Origin: the human T2T-CHM13v2.0 reference genome, Homo sapiens
Length of the DNA: 64,000 nucleotides
Direction: 5' to 3' (one strand)
Assembly (NCBI RefSeq): GCF_009914755.1
Contig: NC_060929.1
Each line of letters opens with the position of its first letter. Position 1 is the first letter of the stretch. Positions 1 through 13,279 of this stretch are shown piece after piece. The notes beneath the pieces are model-generated. The model did no database searches and was not told the DNA's origin. It worked only from the letters and a program-made list of their open reading frames with translations. Position numbers and translations under genes: made by a program.

Positions 1-1044
1 GCTTTGTGTCTTTTTAATTACTTGTTTCTACACACTGGTTTAGTTACATGCTGAAAGCAGATCCGTCTGAGTTCCCTCTAAGCTGTAGTGCTTTCTTTTG
101 CTTACATGGTTTAATAATAAAGCTATTAGTAAGCTACCACCACATAGAACAATACTATCAAACTGGGTAGATCTTGAATCTTGCCTTTCTTTATTCTTCC
201 GATAGACTATTAGATGTTTTCATGGAAAACAAGGTTAAAGAATACTACATCATTGCTTAGCTATAGAGAATTATTCTACAATTTCAGGAAGGTAAAGTCT
301 TTGACATTCCGAAAGCAGAGTTCACAGGACAGAAAAGTTAGAATTAACACAGCAGGTTTTTAGTTTGTTTTTTTTTATTTTAATTAACAAATATAAGAAT
401 AAATTCTCTCTCTCTTTTTAATGAACTCTAATCTATGGACTTATAAACTGAATTCCTTTGAAAACCCATAGAAAAAGATGAAAAGCTAGCATAGTGCATA
501 GATCAAATTTATTATTGTTTGTATTCGATGCACAAAAAATGCTGTCAAAGCAGTAAATGCCAGATGAAAATATAGAAACAATTTTATTATTAAGTTTTCA
601 ACCTAAAAGGTGAGACAGTAAAAAAGGAGTTTCATAATGATAGCCTGACTAACTAAACCTCTATGCTACCATTAACCTACTACTAATAGTAATGCTACTA
701 TTAGTGCCCTAGAGAGAAAGAAAAGCTAAAGATTGTAACCACACAAAAGAAACACAGATGATTTCAGTATTTAGACTCTGTTACTATAGCTGCTGAAGTG
801 GGAAATAAATGAAAAGCCTAACAAAATGTGTGATTCCTCACTAAGGATACTATATACAGAGACCCAGCCTTCTGCTTTATCACCTCCATAGACATGAGCT
901 CCCTGAAAATGGGGAAACTACCCCAACCTCTGAAAAAATCTCTGAGTCTAGATCCCCACCCACTTGTCATGCTCTCAGACCCTTTATGGATTACTTGGGC
1001 CACGGCAATAGATTCCTCCTCATTTCTAGCCATGCTCCCTATTT

Positions 1045-1502
<458 letters not shown>

Positions 1503-1756
1503 TTACGCAGAGGAGAAGGAAATCCAGACACAAAGGGCAGAGAGATGAGACCTCACAGAGTATGTGGGACTTAAGCTGCGCTGAAATATAATGGGTATTG
1601 AACAGATTTGGGAAGGCAAAGAGCAGAGAGCATTGCAACATGGATTCATGAGGCAGTCATGGGTAGGGCAGGATGTAGACATGGAGAGAATGGAAAATGA
1701 AGAACTGTGGATAGGATCAGGCTGATTACAAAAAATTTTAATGCCAGACATCTTTT

Positions 1757-1880
1757 AAACAAATATTTATCTGGTATCTTCTGTATGATAACTGTTGACC
1801 TAACCACTGGAGATTATAAAAGGAAGAAGACATAGTCTCTACCTCCATGAAACTCACCATCAGATAGAAAAGAGAAACTG
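1757..1880 (-). mobile_element. L2 3' fragment
   Basis: aacaaatatttatctgg...gacatagtctctacctccatgaaactcaccatc matches the antisense L2 terminus. Confidence 0.6.
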
Positions 1881-3133
1881 GTCATATCAAGCACCCAAAG
1901 TTATTATGTATCTGTATGCCATTCTAGCAGAACTTTATACTTACATTAATGCAATAGTATTATTTATTTATATGTTTATCTTATACCCAATATAATGTAT
2001 TATCTTGCTGATTGTTGCAACACATGTTCCTGTGTTATGCTCCTCCATGTTGATAATTAGTACTATTTGTTAAATTCTAACATGGTTCTTTCTTCCCCTT
2101 TCCTACTGCTTCTTTCCACTTGCTATTTTAATCCTGCAGCATTTTCTGTCTCTGTTACCACAGAATTTCATTTAGCTCATACTGAATCTCTCCTCTGGTC
2201 TTGCGCATTTGTGATCAGAGTTCTTCCACAAGGTTCACCCATTTGTACAGTTGTTAAAACATTTAAAGATTTGATTATGTATTTATATAGGATTCTTAGG
2301 ATGCTGGAGTGTTGTGGAAACCACCTGATCTTTGGGAAAACATACCTAAGCACTATAAATACATGACTTAATGAAATATATGCCTAAGCACTGCATTTGT
2401 ATAGCTCTATAATGGAGTTATGAGCAAGGCACTATGGGAGGACAGAAGGAGGGGCAACGAGCAAGCACACAAAGGTGAAATTGATATAGATCTATTGAAG
2501 GTTAAATGTAAATTTCCCTTGGGTGCATTATGAGTATTCCAGGTAGCATAACCTAAAAACAGTAAGTCCCCCATCTTATCTGCTCCCCTTCCTTTGGCAA
2601 ATTCCCTTCTAAATTATTTAGAAATGATGTATTTATTGTTTCCTTCCCCTACAAATGCCTGCCTTACAGAATGTGCATTGTTGGTGGGCTCTGATGCAAA
2701 TCGCTTCGCAGCAGAAGCCACTCTGCCATTATACTCTAATTTGCAGCCAAGCTGGCTTTCAGCTGGTGCCTTGTCCTTGGGCTGTCGTTCACTGTCAGGG
2801 CCTCTCCAGGGTGTGACAACTGTTTGCTTAACAACAGAGAAGGAGGGAAGCAGTCATAAGTCAACGATTTCCAAGAAAAGCCTGCCTTGGCTGCCATTGT
2901 TCCAGAACCTAAAATCATGTAGCCATGATTAGAGCTGCCCCTGGGCAAACCTATGAAGTACAAAATATTTTTCTTAGTTAATATCCATTTTCCCTTTGCT
3001 GCTACTCTTTCCCAGTCCACAGACTGGACCCAGCAATTCCAGAACATATTTAGTCTACCTTCTCTGGATAAGAATTTAATCAGCGATTCTCAATTGAAAG
3101 GCTAGTACTCAACCCCTAAATATCCCTCACATG

Positions 3134-3135
<2 letters not shown>

Positions 3136-3167
<32 letters not shown>
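3136..3167. repeat. (CA)16 microsatellite
   Basis: Directly read. Confidence 0.98.
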
Positions 3168-3169
<2 letters not shown>

Positions 3170-4116
3170 TTTGCATATAATTTCAAGTAACTTACAAAAT
3201 TTTCCCTGAAGTCAGTCTAGGTTAAGAACTCATTTCAACCTCTTTGTCTCTTCTTTCTCTTTCTTTTTAAACCCTATCTTTTTTCCCATATCTCACATCT
3301 CACTTTTTGGTAAGTAAAAGCTTTCCAATCGAATTCATAAGAAAGTGTTTTAAAAGTGATTTTAATATATTATTTAATTTTTTATTTACTTCTTTAGGAA
3401 AGAATCAATAAAATAACTGATTATTGTCCCAGTGAAAGTCAAACTCCAGCTAAAAGGAGACATGGGTTTACTGCACCCTCTGCTCACAGAGCTACTGTTG
3501 AGACAACTGCAATAAATTTGCTTTATGAAAACTTGGGCATGACTCATAAGGAATTCTGAAGAGAAATTTCATATTTTTCTTCTTTTTCAGGGTAATTAAA
3601 TATCAAGTTGGAGAGACTAATGGTTAAAATTTCCTTCTCGTTGGACACTGAGCAACGGCTGTCCAATTTTAACAGCTGCCGACTGCCTCCCAATGATGAT
3701 ATTTTCAAGAAACACCATTTGTTTTTTTAGCACAGCCTCAGATGGTGCTGGTTCATCTACAGGCATGACTCTAGAACAGTTTACTTGGTGTCCTCTCTCC
3801 TCCTGGTGGCTTTCAAAATTGTTCTGGCCTTCTCAAGAAACGGGGAAAAAATTAATTAGTCAGAAAAGTTAGTGAGAGTATAGCACAGGTAAATACACAG
3901 TATATGCAAAATCATTGAGAACTGAAGGAAGACTTTAAAAAATATATAGTGTAGTACAGTGCCAGCCATTTCATATTCCAAAAATTAATAAGTACAGTAT
4001 GTCATTTAAGTATTTCATAACATGAATTAGCTCTGAAATCCCGATTCATTCCACCTGATAGAATTTTTATGTGATCTTCTTACTTCTGCACTAAACTTAA
4101 AAAAAAAAAAAATAGA

Positions 4117-4416
4117 GGCCCGGCGCAGTGGCTCATGCTTGTAATCCCAACACTTTGGGAGGCCAAGGCAGGTGGAACATGTAAGCTCAGGAGTTTAAGA
4201 CCAGCCTGGCTAACATGGCAAAACCCTGTCTCCACTACAAATATAAAAATTAGCCGGGCATGGTGGCGTGTGCCTGTAGTCCCAGCTACTTGGGAGGCTG
4301 AGGCATGAGAATCGCTTGAACTCAGGAGGCAGAGGTTGTAGTGAGCCGAAATTGTGCCACTGCACTTCAGCCTAGGCAACAGAGCAACACCCTGTCTCAA
4401 TTAAAAAGAAAAAAAA
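4117..4416 (+). mobile_element. Full-length Alu, AluJb-like
   Basis: ggcccggcgcagtggctcatg...agctcaggag...caccctgtctc plus A tail; A-rich TSD aaaaaaa(a/t)taga on both sides. Confidence 0.93.
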
Positions 4417-4575
4417 TTAGAAAAATGAGCAATTGCAATGGGTCACACCTTAGCCATTGTTGGATTGTCGTTAGGCTCTTGAGAAGAATCAAGTTAGAAA
4501 AATCTTTTGAGGCCCTAGAGTGGGAAAATCTGTATGTGAAGGAAGATAAATCCATGTAAGTCCCACATTCTAAAG

Positions 4576-4769
4576 CAGAAATGGCAAAACCAAGATGTAT
4601 GTACTACTACATCCCCTTCTATGGCTACTTTAAACATTATTAATTGATAATGACATATTTCTCTGTTTAGCCTAACACAGTCTCAGAATCCTCTGAACAC
4701 AGATATACAGGCATTTCTCTACCAATTGTTTGGAGGGACAGATGAAATAAAGCTCATTCGCTATGTCTG
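4576..4769 (-). mobile_element. MER117-like hAT-Charlie MITE
   Basis: TIR-like ends cagaaatggcaaa ... ttcgctatgtctg; internal ctcagaatcct...aacacag...ctaccaat match the recalled MER117 consensus. Confidence 0.7.
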
Positions 4770-4886
4770 TGCTAGATTATAATAGAATCACCTGGCTATT
4801 GCAAATGCAGTAAAACTACCTGAATTTTATATGAGATAGAGAGATAAAGGTCCAGTGAAATGAACCCCCATGCCATGTGACTGGAG

Positions 4887-5010
4887 CAGGGGTCATGAAC
4901 CATGGCCTGTGGGACAAATCTGACCGGCCAAATGCTTTTATAAATAGAAGTTTATTGGAACAACACCACAACCATTTGCTAAAGTATTGTTCATGACCAC
5001 TTTCCCTGCT
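4887..5010 (+). mobile_element. MER58A hAT-Charlie MITE, 5' half only
   Basis: caggggtcatgaaccatggcctgtgggacaaatctgacc...tttattggaacaacaccacaaccatttg. Confidence 0.8.
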
Positions 5011-5354
5011 TTGGATTATATTAGCCAATAACTCAACAAGCTAGCTTGAGTTGGACTTTTTATTTTCATTCAAGAATGACACATATTCCAGAACTTTGGA
5101 TTCTGGTTTGGCCTCCAAAAGCTACAGAACTTTCCATAATATAACAAAGAACAAAATAAGAGCCTATGATCAGCTTATAAGTCTCAGTAGCATTTGTGTT
5201 TTTGAGAAGCATGGAAGCATGCTCCCTCCTCTGAAAACAGACATGAAATGCAACACAAAGCCAAGAGTTCTTTTCCCTCCTGTTTCCTTCCCTTCTCATT
5301 TGTCTCCCCTCCCATCAGCTTTTCCTCTGGCATAGAGATCCAGGCATGGCTTTT

Positions 5355-6011
5355 TTCCCCCTTTTATTTTTAGTTGTCACATAATAATTGTACATATGCG
5401 TGTGGTACCGAGTGATATTTTGATACATGTATGCAATGTGTAATGATCAAATCAGGAAATTAGCATACGCATCACCTCAAACAAGTACCATTTCTTTGTG
5501 TTGGGAATATGCAAAATCCTCTCCTTTAGATTTGAACATATATAATAAATTATTGTTAACTACAGTCACCCTACAGGGTTAGCTTGAGTTGGAAAAATCC
5601 AATGCAAGCTAACCCTGTAGGGTGACTATGGTTAATAATTTAAAAACACTAGAACTTATTCCTCCTATCCAGCTGTAATTTTGTATCTGTTAATGAAACT
5701 CTCCCCATTCTCCCCTTCCCTTTACCCTTCCCAGCCTCTAATAACCACAATTCTACTTGCTACTTTTATAAGCTACCTCTATAAGTTTATTTTTTAGCTT
5801 CCACATATGAGTGAGAACATACAGTACTTTTATTCTTGTCCTGACTTATTTCACTAAACAGAATATCCTCTAGGTTCATACATGTTGCCACAAATGACAG
5901 AATTTCATTCTTTTTATGGCTGAGTAGTACTCCATTGTGCATATTTTCCTTATCCATTCATCTATTGATGAACATTTAGGCTGATTCCATATCTTGACCA
6001 GAATGAATAGC
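5355..6011 (-). mobile_element. 5'-truncated L1MA 3' end with a 16-bp TSD, containing an inserted hairpin
   Basis: Antisense L1MA 3'UTR (ataataattgtacat..., cccacatatgagtgagaacat-like, ttatggctgagtagtactccattg); TSD tccagg(c/t)atggctttt at 5339-5354 and 6012-6027. Confidence 0.9.
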
Positions 6012-7743
6012 TCCAGGTATGGCTTTTATATATCCTGCAAGGCTTTTTCTAAGACAGAGAAAACTACTCTCGGGTGAGTTATGTGGTCAAACACCATGCT
6101 AAGGCTGTTTGCCATTCCTGCAAATGACCTGCCTGCAATGTTCACTACTGCTCTGATAAGAAGGTACGTCAGTTAACACAGCACCACACTGTCATTCATC
6201 TATAGTGCGAGCTGCTACATATGTTCATGTTTAAGGCCACTCTGATTAACTCCACGTAATTTGTTCAAAAGCATTCTGGTCTCAACATATTGTTTGCTAT
6301 CTTTATAAAAGACTAAATCAAAATAATTCCTTCAGGAGTTTTAAGGACACACACACAAAAAAAAAAAAAAAAAAACAGAAAATGGGGGTAGAGAATTAAT
6401 AGTTTTATGCTTTCTCATGCACAACTTTATGTATTCCTGATAACATTCTGTGACATAGAAGTTATCCTATTTATTTTATTGAGAGTTTCCTGACACAGAT
6501 GGACCCAACAGACAATTAATTGGTCACAACCCTGATAACTAAACTGACTAGTAAAACCTCATTCTCATCCTTAAGGATTGTTTTTACAGAGAATAAGTCC
6601 TATATTGTTGTGCTATCCACAGGTTTTCTGTGGGTTTTTTTTTTATTATTTCAAAACTCTAATATCAGAAGAGAAAGAAGTAGGCAGCAGAGAAAAGAAG
6701 AAAAGACTTAAAGAGAATGTTGGGTAAGGGAGCAACAAATGAAGATCTGGGAAAGGGAAACGGGGTGTTATTTTCATCCTAGAAATTGCTGTTAAAGCAT
6801 ATTCCCAAAAGATATTCCCACTCCTTTATAAGGAACCAGATGAAACCATGTGTGTGCCAGGTGTGAACAGATGTATATTCCACAGTCCCTTCCATGGCTA
6901 TATTGAGTGGATAATAAAACCCTTTGATGAGAACTTCAATGAACACAGCGGCAGCCTGGCATTATTTAATCACACTGTACCTGGCACACACAGGACAGAG
7001 TCTCAGAGGTTGTGCTGTGGCAGAAATAAAAGGATTTCAAATAGGAAATTCCTGTTAGGGCTCTATAGCTGGGTCTGCTGTGAAGACTGCAAAGTCAGCT
7101 TAGGCAACACAGCATTGTAGAGTGACTAACTGCTCACTTTGCATGTCCCACAGTTCCAAATCCACAGCTCAACTTGCCTTAAAGGACAATATTGCTGGGA
7201 AGCAAAAACACAGCAGGAACAAACAATAATGAAGACTTTGACAACAGTCTACTGGAGAGGACAAGAGGTCAATGACGGTCTCTGCCTCTTTCAGGGCATT
7301 TTCCAAGTGACTGACAAATGCTCAGCATTTTCATCCCTATTTAGCAAGAAGAGAGAGGAACTGCAACCATATTCCACTGAGTTTTAGTGGCAGACAGAGT
7401 TGGTGGATAACAATTACGTTTATTCAGCTTTATTCAGCACATTCTTCTGCCAACTGGGCTTTAAAGCAACACAATTGGACAAAACCAGCACAGATTTCAC
7501 ACAAACAAGTTGACTGCTCTTGCTTTTTCCTAATACCACCCTTTCTAGCAAAGGGCAGATTTAACCATATAATGGTAAAATAGGGAGCTTTTCTTTTCTG
7601 TTTGCCAATCCAGATTGGTCAATCCATACTAGCGTTAAACTTCCTTCTCATTAGAATGTTTCCAGGTCCTCTTTTCTTTAGCAGAATTCGCTAATATCTA
7701 ACAACTAATGCTTCTCTGCACTGCCTTTTCCAGCATTTACAAG

Positions 7744-7945
7744 GTAGTGGTGAAAAGCAAGAAGTCTGGAGCCAGACTACCTGAGCTCTGACTCTGTGTA
7801 ACCTTGGACAAGTTAATTAACCTTTATAAGCCTCAGTTTACTCATCTGTAAAATGGGGGAACCCTGCCTTGTAGGGTTTTTATGAAGTTGAAGGAGCTAG
7901 TGCAAAGCACTTAGTAGAGAGCCTTGAATGGCATAAGAAAAGCTC
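7744..7945 (+). mobile_element. MIR SINE
   Basis: tctggagccagactacctg...accttggacaagttaattaacct...gcctcagtttactcatctgtaaaatgggg core. Confidence 0.88.
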
Positions 7946-8494
7946 CATCTATATATCCCTGTCTCTCTCTCTCTCTCATATATATATGCTGTTTCAACAA
8001 TTCATTATTATTGGAATGTTTTGTGATTGTCCTTTTAAAAAATCGTTTGGAAATTCTTATTTCCTCCTTCTTTAAAACAGCCAGCAACCTTTCCTTTACA
8101 GCTAAACAACATGCACCCAGCTCTCCTCCCTTTAACTCATCTGTGACTTCTGACCCATGATAACAGGCTTCCTGGCTCCCTTTGATTCCAGCAATAGACT
8201 GTTACTATTTCCTTCTATCCTGAAACTCAATATACCTTCCTCTAGATCTAGTAGTGGAAAAAAGAATATAAGAAAGGAAAGTACCATTGGAAAAAAAAAA
8301 AAAAAGAAAGGAAAACTAGATCTATTTCATGCTTGTTTGGCTGGATGATCCATATGAACTTTTTCTGGTATATTCTTTTGATGGTTGAAATTAACCATCT
8401 TTTTAATACTTAGGTCACTTGCACTAGAAAAAAAATAAAATAAAAGGGAAAATAAATACAATTCTTTTATCTTCAGATCTTATTTTTGTGCAGC

Positions 8495-8542
8495 TGTGCA
8501 TACTTTTGTGCATACTCTTATGCATATTCGTATGCATACTTT
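8495..8542. repeat. 12-bp tandem repeat x4 (tRtgcataYtYK)
   Basis: tgtgcatacttt tgtgcatactct tatgcatattcg tatgcatacttt. Confidence 0.85.
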
Positions 8543-9114
8543 TATTCAGAAGCTGATAAACCTTAAATTGTTAAATGGTTTTAATAGAAAGCTGAATTCA
8601 TTTTTTTTAAAAAACCAAAAAGGTCTAACTATCCCTGAAAATAGCAATACCATCTTCCTGTGGCTTGCTATATGAAGTGTCCAGCACTCACAAAGCAATG
8701 CCTTTAGTTAGATGAGTTGTTTACTCATGGGTTTCAATACCCCTGCCATTTTTGATCATGAAAAAGAAAATTACTGCAAATCAAGGTAAGTAGAAAAGAA
8801 AAAAGGGAAGAACAAAAAAAAGGGAAAATGACTCATGTGCTCAAGACTTCAATGTGAAATCCTCATCATCCTTTCAACTCACTCTGAATTAAGGAAGTGG
8901 TGCGTGACATGTGCTGAAGCTAGATCAGCAGCATAAGCTGTACAGATGTGCGCATCTGGTATGCAGGTGTTTGTACAGATATTCTCCAGCCAAACTTTCA
9001 GGAGGTAGCATTTTTGTAAAACTGGCTCCTCGCTAGCACAGGGAAAGCAAGAGAGAGGGACCACCCACTGATAATAAATAATGTCATTGCTAGGCTGACC
9101 ACATGCCCACAAAG

Positions 9115-9270
9115 ATTGATTCTTAAATTTGATATGCGTCAGAACTACTTGGGAAACTTTATAAAAATGCAGAATCTTCAGCATCTTCCCCAAGAGATTT
9201 ATATTCAATATACTATGGTATACTCCAGAAATCTGTTTTTAACAAACATGCTAGGTTATTCTAATGTAAC
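9115..9270. mobile_element. MER5-like hAT MITE, degenerate
   Basis: ttcttaaattt...tcagaactacttgggaaactttataaaaatgcagaatc...cagaaatctgtttttaacaa...ggttattctaatg. Confidence 0.65.
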
Positions 9271-10131
9271 TGTTCTTTAGTCCACACATCAAGAAACACT
9301 ATCCTAACACATAGAATAAAATGGGAAAAAAAATCTAGAAAATAAAAAAAAAGTTTTCTCCTACAAAGTTTGTAGCAATCCTCCCCATTATGTGAATACT
9401 GCCCACAGCATTCACAAGCAGAATATTTAACCACAAAACCAGACAAAGGTATTTAACCAAGCAAACTCTGAGTATTAACAAACTTTTAAACAATAATTTA
9501 TGTCTTTATTTATCAGGTCCTGCACCTACACAGCAACTAAGTACAACTCAGTTTTAGAATAGCAACAAAACATACATATCTGAGGTTGGTAGCTTTATAC
9601 CCTACCATGAGCCTGGTAGCATGCCTTATATATTAGTCTCAGGTGTCTTTCTGTGACCACTATCAATTAGGAACAGGTGTCCCCTAGGAATTCTTCTCTG
9701 AAACAGCTCCCAGCAACCAAGAGTCACACATCCGCTAACTTATTCCAAGACTAGAAAACAGAAAAAAGATAGATCTGAGGAAACACTCAAGAGCCAGATC
9801 ATAGAAGTAATTTTGGAACATGTTGAATTCAGACTTTATTTAGCAGGCTAGGGGAAGTCATTGAAGCATTTTGATTAGTGAAGCATCATGATCACAATTA
9901 GTTCATAGATTCCACATAGTTTAGGCTATAAACTGCAGATTTTATGATAATGTATGTAAAAGGATTCTGCTAAAACAAAAAAGTGATGTATAGTAAGGAC
10001 ATATGGATGTGATAAAATTATGTCATTAATATAGTTACACATCAATATGTTCCTCCCTCATTCAAAGTAAGAAAAAAAAAGCTGAATATGGCATTTCTTA
10101 TTAGCCTCAAGAGTAAATTTCTAAGAATAAT

Positions 10132-10270
10132 GTTCATTCAATAAGTACTTATTGCATGTCCATGTTATGTTAGGCACCATGCTAGGAGCTGGGGAGCAAA
10201 ACAGGGAGGGTCTCCACTCTCCAGGTGTTTACAGTCTGCTGAGACAGACACTGAACAAATAACCAAACAA
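10132..10270 (-). mobile_element. L2 3' end
   Basis: ttcattcaataagtacttattg...taggcaccatgctaggagctgggga...gagacagacactgaacaaataa. Confidence 0.8.
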
Positions 10271-10386
10271 GCTGTGGATTTTCCACATGAATCTTTGCTA
10301 TGTCTGGCAATACTGTGCTTTCATTTCTTTTAAAATGTGAGCCCTTTCCCTATTCTGCCTTTCTTTAAGGACTCCTAAGCAATCAT

Positions 10387-10765
10387 CAGAGGTCTCAAAT
10401 GGACCGCCTGCAGACCTATTTTGTTTGGCCCACACAATGCTGAAGTCTACTTATTTTTTTAATTTGAATTTGTTGCCAACATAAAATATAAACTCACAGT
10501 TTCTCTTGAATATTTGGCCACATTGAGCCTCAGTTTTCACAAGGTAACAAGTGGCTGGAGCTGCACAGCAGCTGCCCTCTTCCAAAGTCATATGTTTCTT
10601 CTGCTTGACCACGTGTAAGCCCAGTTCTTATCACTTTGCTGCTGCACAGGCCATAGGTCTGCTGGTATTGAGCATCTCAAGTTGCTATTTTTCTTATACC
10701 TAGCTCAGTTTACTCATCTACATTGCTTGCCAGACCCTCTTAGACAGTTTAGTTTTCAATTCCCA
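10387..10765 (+). mobile_element. MER102-like hAT element
   Basis: cctgcagacctattttgtttggcccacaca...gaatttgttgccaacat...aacaagtggctggagctgcacagcagctgccc. Confidence 0.75.
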
Positions 10766-11069
10766 CTCTACAGAGAAAGGTTAGGCGATTCTTTTACCAA
10801 ATTCTCTTTAGCATGTTCCTTCCCCTTATTCTGCGGCTCCTCAAGTGTCTACACTAAGTAATCGAATGTTGTTTCTCTGTTTGTTTATTCAAATATCTTC
10901 TCCACTTCCCTTTCCAACTGTGCCATTTCTCAAATCTATTTAGTCTAAGCAAACAAGTTAGTCATTGGTCAGCACAAAATATGACCTGCTACCTTCTGTT
11001 TCATTGACTTCAATCTTTCTAGAATCTCTTTCTAGAATTCATCCCAGCTCTCCAAATTCTGATTGTCCA

Positions 11070-11310
11070 ATTCCATCTATCCTCAGGTCCAGCTCAAATC
11101 CCACACCTTTTCCACAAAGCCATTCTTGACTTCCCTAGCCAGATGTGACATAACCTCCCTGTGAGCTCTCATACAATCTTATCTGTAAGGCCCCTTGAGC
11201 TTTGTACCCCATAACATAGCTCTCTACATTTGAACTCCTGGAAGGGGGCGTCCTGTCTAACTTATCTTCTGTTCCCGATTAGCACAGTACCTGGCAGAGA
11301 ATACTGAGCG
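11070..11310 (+). mobile_element. L2 3' fragment
   Basis: ccagctcaaatcccacacc...gaactcctggaagggggcg...tagcacagtacctggcagag. Confidence 0.7.
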
Positions 11311-13020
11311 TTTCCACCATAAATGGAGAGAGTCTACTTAAACACATAGCAAAGGAAATAGGGGGTGCTGAATGTATTTAACCTCCTCAAGGATACTAAT
11401 AGCTGTTTTCAATGCTCAAGCCACACAGACATAGACTTGTATAGGGGATTATTTTGTATTTGCTTGACCTAGTATTCCTTATATTTGCTGTTCCCATACA
11501 TGTGCCCCGTGGGAACATGCTCATTCGTTCCATGCATTTCGATAATTTCTTACTTATAATCTAGTCCAAGATATTTTCTCTTTTCTCTCAATCAGAATAT
11601 TACACAAAATATTCTAGATTACACAAAATATTGTTGATTCTAGAGTCAAGCCACAACAAGATTTGGAGTCTATCTTGAATGCAAGCCCTTGAGCAGCAGG
11701 AAATCTCACCTATCATGCCTTATACTGTGAAATAGATGCTCTATTAACAAGTGCTTTTGATATATATTTATAACTTTTCTGAACATTGAACTAGAGCTAG
11801 AATGCATCCCTGTGATTTTGGTATGAATGTGTTTACTTCTACCCATTAAAAAGGCAATATATTTTTCTCTAAAATGAGAAAAGAAAAGCAAAAGGATATA
11901 CAGAGCAGTTTAATGTCTTATCCAATTTCACATAGCTAGTTTCCAGAATCATCTAGACTATTTAATACAAGTATATTTTGAAAACCAGTCTTGTATATTC
12001 GTGTGCTGCTTTTGGGCAAGAGTATCCTGAAGTCTTCAATCATCCATTCAGATGCTCAGTTAGCACTTCTTGAGAGCTATGTGCTAAACAACCTGAAGCA
12101 CACACACAAAATTTTCCTGTTCACTACTTATCAGGGTACTTCCAAGCTCAAAGGAGATTTATTTATTTTTATAAGGCAACCTTTCAACCAGTCTCACCTC
12201 CATGCTCCTGGTTCATACTTTCTTTTGTGTCAGCCAGCCATTTAAAAATAAAAATAAAATAATTAAAATAAAAGCTCTTCTCTTCTAGAGGGTAAAATAT
12301 TTCAGAGCCTAAAGTACACACAAGAAGATTGCTTATAACTACCCATTTTAGTTACAGAGTCCAACTTGGCAAATTACAGTGGACAAATCTGTGTTTTAAT
12401 TCCAACCTAATTCATACTCAGGCTAGCCCAGCCATTTCCCTTATTTCCAATTCCTTGGGGATGCCAGAACCTTCCTGGCTAAATCCTAGGCATAACATCC
12501 TAAATTCAAGGCACAGCTTCACTCCTTGGCATTCACCCGAAGTCCCTAAGCTGGTGGCTTCTCCTTTCCTGGTTGCTGTCACTGGACCTCCTGATGGCCT
12601 GTCTTAGGACATAGACTGGGTATGTTTCCATAAATTTTTGCCTCCTTCTGCTCTTAATTCAAGTCTCACTTCCTCTCTCTCTTTTCTGTTCGCAGACAGA
12701 TTCGCTCATTCTCTTTCTCTTCCCAACCTGGACAATCATATTGTATCCTGGTCCCATTTCCTGCTGTCAGTCAATTCCAAGTCTTAATCTTCTGTGGATA
12801 AGTAGAAGGCTGTTTTTTTTTGTTTGTTTGTTTGGTTTGGTTTTTTTTCTAATTGGTGGCTCAACCCTTGTGTTTCTATACTAAAGGGTAAAGAGGTGAA
12901 CCTAAAATGCCTTCCATTAATGTACTTCTGGTGAGGAAAGTTAGCACAAAGTGGAACAAAAGTCACTAAGTTCAGTCTATTAGTTACTCAGTACATATAA
13001 ATAAAAAGCAGATGCTAGGG

Positions 13021-13236
13021 CAGTGTTTCTCAAAGTGCTGTTAAACAGACCACTTGCCTCAGCCTCATTTGTGAAAAGGCAGTATTGGGGGTGATGTAAA
13101 AGGCTGCTAGATAAAATGCACATTCCTGGGCTCTACCCCAGACTGACAGCCAAAATCTCTGAGGATCTACTAAGAATCTGAGTTTTTTACAAATGTCCAG
13201 TTCTTCATTTAATGTATATTTAAATTTAAGAGCTGT
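13021..13236. mobile_element. MER5-like hAT MITE
   Basis: cagtgtttctcaaagtg...aaaatgcacattcctgggctctacccagact...aatctctg. Confidence 0.7.
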
Positions 13237-13279
13237 TACACACCTGTCTCTATTATCCTTTGAAAACAGTTGTTCTTTA

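Noticed and set aside
3574-3900. Strong-looking splice acceptor tttttcttctttttcag|g at 3590 (similar one near 17266)
   Set aside because: No recognisable coding frame or convincing paired donor; such motifs are common by chance in AT-rich DNA.
11599-11632. attacacaaaatatt direct repeat
   Set aside because: Two copies 4 bp apart: a simple tandem duplication, not an array.
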